Below are positions 58,338-60,162 of a stretch of DNA of 60,162 nt, piece by piece. The DNA lies in the NCBI GenBank assembly GCA_043757535.1, contig JAYVPF010000186.1, positions 1-60,162 of the forward strand, written 5' to 3'. A program made the translations under genes and the position numbers. Under the pieces are notes generated by a model. That model was given only the letters and a program-made list of their open reading frames with translations, was not told the origin of the DNA and ran no database searches. How positions within the stretch are numbered: the stretch's first letter is position 1; every line of letters begins with the position of its first letter. This DNA comes from Burkholderiales bacterium. Lineage in GTDB: Bacteria; Pseudomonadota; Gammaproteobacteria; Burkholderiales; Casimicrobiaceae.

Positions 58338-58602
58338 AGTCTTTTCGTTCCTTCCGCGTTGCCGCGCGGGCGCTGATGATTCGAATCGTATCTTCAAATC
58401 GTTCCGTGAAACTGACAAGTAAAAACTTGCCCGTGTGATTGTGACCAACGATCAGTTCGCGTCGTTCATCCGCCGAATGATCGGGGTCGAGATGAGTTTT
58501 CGCAAGTTGATCCCCGAAAACTTCTGTGGCTTCGGCAAACGAAATCCCGTGCTTCGCGACATTACCCGCATCCTTCACCGAATCCCATTCAAACTTGATC
58601 AC
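58324..58602 (-). CDS. BrnT family toxin
   Basis: FEWDSVK..NVAKHGISF, DHSADERR, IRIISARAATRKER. Confidence 0.92.
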   Translation of the reverse strand: MIKFEWDSVKDAGNVAKHGISFAEATEVFGDQLAKTHLDPDHSADERRELIVGHNHTGKFLLVSFTERFEDTIRIISARAATRKERKDYEQT

Positions 58603-58617
58603 ATTGTCCTTTCAGAC

Positions 58618-60162
58618 CTATGCAACCAACGTCGCCAATGCCTCACTCAACTTAGAAGCATCCGTCCCACCCGCCATAGCCATATCGGGCCGACCTCCAC
58701 CTTTACCGCCAACAACAGCCGCAGCCTTACCAACGATTTCACCAGCCTTGAATTTGCCAACGAGGTCAGCCGTTACACCAGAGCACAATGCAACTTTGCC
58801 ATCCGCCGATTTGCTACCCAGCAGAACCACGCCAGAACCTAATTTGTTCTTAAGCTGATCGACCATTTCACGCAGCGCTTTCGCATCTGCACCTTCGATT
58901 TCTGCGCTCAGGAATTTCACGCCGTCTTTTTCGACGACTTTGCTAAGCAGGTCACCACCCGCCGCAGCGTTGAGTTTGCTCTTCAGTATCGCGAGTTCTT
59001 TTTCCAGCGCTTTGACGTGATCCTGAATTTGTGCGATTTTTGTCACGACTTCATTGGCCGGAATTTTCAGCGCGGCTGCGGCATCAGACATGCGGGTGTC
59101 GAGCGCCTGCACGAAGGCCATTGCGTTGAGACCGGTGACGGCTTCGACGCGGCGCACGCCTGCTGCTACTCCGCCCTCAGAGATGATCTTGAAGAAACCG
59201 ATGTCGCCGGTGCGCTTCACGTGCGTGCCGCCGCAGAACTCTTTGCTGGTGCCGATTTCAAGCACGCGGACTTCGTCGCCGTACTTCTCGCCGAACAGCA
59301 TCGTCGCACCGCTGGTCTTGGCTTTTTCGATGCCCATGACTTCAGCGTGCGTCGCGGTGTTGGTGACGATTTCGGCGTTGACTTTGGCTTCGACTTCGCG
59401 GATTTGGGCGTCGGTCATCGGCGCGTTGTGCGCGAAGTCAAAACGCGTTTTGTCGGCGTCAACCAGCGAGCCTTTTTGCGCCACGTGGGGCCCAAGCACT
59501 TCGCGCAGCGCCTTGTGCATGATGTGCGTGACCGAGTGGTTGCGGATGGTGCGGGCACGGGCGGTGGTGTCGACCTGCGCGTTGACGCTGTCGCCGACAT
59601 TCAGGCTGCCGCTCGTGAGTGCGCCGTGATGGCCGAACACGTCGGGGATGACTTTTAGGGTGTCGGCGACGGTGAAAATTGTGCTCGGCAACGCGGGTAT
59701 GTTCGTTACCACCGCCCCTTGTTCTTTGCCGCCACCCTCTCCCGCCCTGTCGGGCACCCTCCCCCCCGGGGGGAGGGTTTGTAGGGTGCCCCGGTCACCG
59801 ACCTGCCCGCCACTCTCGGCGTAAAACGGCGTGTGATCGAGCACCACAACGCCGTCGTCGCCCGCGTTGAGCGCTTGCACTGGGCTCCCGCCTTTGTACA
59901 GTGCGACAACTTTGCCCGCATGCGAAAGCTGGTCGTAGCCGTGGAAAACTGTCTTGTCGCCGGAATATGCGAGCACAGTGTCTGCCTTGAATTTGCCTGC
60001 TGCGCGCGCAGTCGTGCGCTGCTTTTCCATCGCGGCGTCGAAGCCTGCTTCGTCCACGGTGACACCGCGTTCGCGGCAGACGTCAGCGGTGAGATCAAGC
60101 GGGAAACCGAAGGTGTCGTAGAGCTGGAAGGCGACTGCGCCGTCGAGCGTTTTCGATCCGTC
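58618..60162 (-). CDS. alaS: alanine--tRNA ligase, C-terminal part (runs off window end), with repeat-derived insertion
   Basis: [49 protein letters not shown]. Confidence 0.97.
   Translation of the reverse strand, partial: DGSKTLDGAVAFQLYDTFGFPLDLTADVCRERGVTVDEAGFDAAMEKQRTTARAAGKFKADTVLAYSGDKTVFHGYDQLSHAGKVVALYKGGSPVQALNAGDDGVVVLDHTPFYAESGGQVGDRGTLQTLPPGGRVPDRAGEGGGKEQGAVVTNIPALPSTIFTVADTLKVIPDVFGHHGALTSGSLNVGDSVNAQVDTTARARTIRNHSVTHIMHKALREVLGPHVAQKGSLVDADKTRFDFAHNAPMTDAQIREVEAKVNAEIVTNTATHAEVMGIEKAKTSGATMLFGEKYGDEVRVLEIGTSKEFCGGTHVKRTGDIGFFKIISEGGVAAGVRRVEAVTGLNAMAFVQALDTRMSDAAAALKIPANEVVTKIAQIQDHVKALEKELAILKSKLNAAAGGDLLSKVVEKDGVKFLSAEIEGADAKALREMVDQLKNKLGSGVVLLGSKSADGKVALCSGVTADLVGKFKAGEIVGKAAAVVGGKGGGRPDMAMAGGTDASKLSEALATLVA

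Overview
GC-rich betaproteobacterial chromosome segment (lineage is inference; BPH protease and the secreted-protein repertoire suggest a Casimicrobium-like organism). It is mostly housekeeping and metabolic genes: alaC (partial), fahA-TRAP catabolic cluster, complete urease cluster ureDABCEFG behind a BenE-type transporter, proS-slt-gluQ-bph-hslO-hslR, surface-glycan genes, an SOS-boxed DinB-like polymerase, exosortase H pair, SCO/PCuAC, DUF1501/DUF1800, TA pairs and alaS (partial). The main unexplained signal is a family of five 116-117 bp intergenic dyad elements (419, 8388, 15799, 37247, 52138). Their sequences are strongly diverged but their spacing is almost invariant: CAGCTTT-GGGGCTA-N20-TCGA-N20-TAGCCCC-AAAGCTG, with ~10-bp A/T phasing, and all sit at convergent or divergent gene junctions. 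A second signal is a ~8.9 kb candidate defence island (39.3-48.15 kb). In it the same palindrome TGCGACA-N5-(T/C)GTCGCA precedes a double-AAA ATPase and a DUF2779 nuclease-WYL operon, which enclose a UDG-fold protein, nuclease remnants and TA modules. Short palindromic repeats are also inserted in-frame in ureC, ureD and alaS. All family assignments are from motif recognition by eye; no database search was run.
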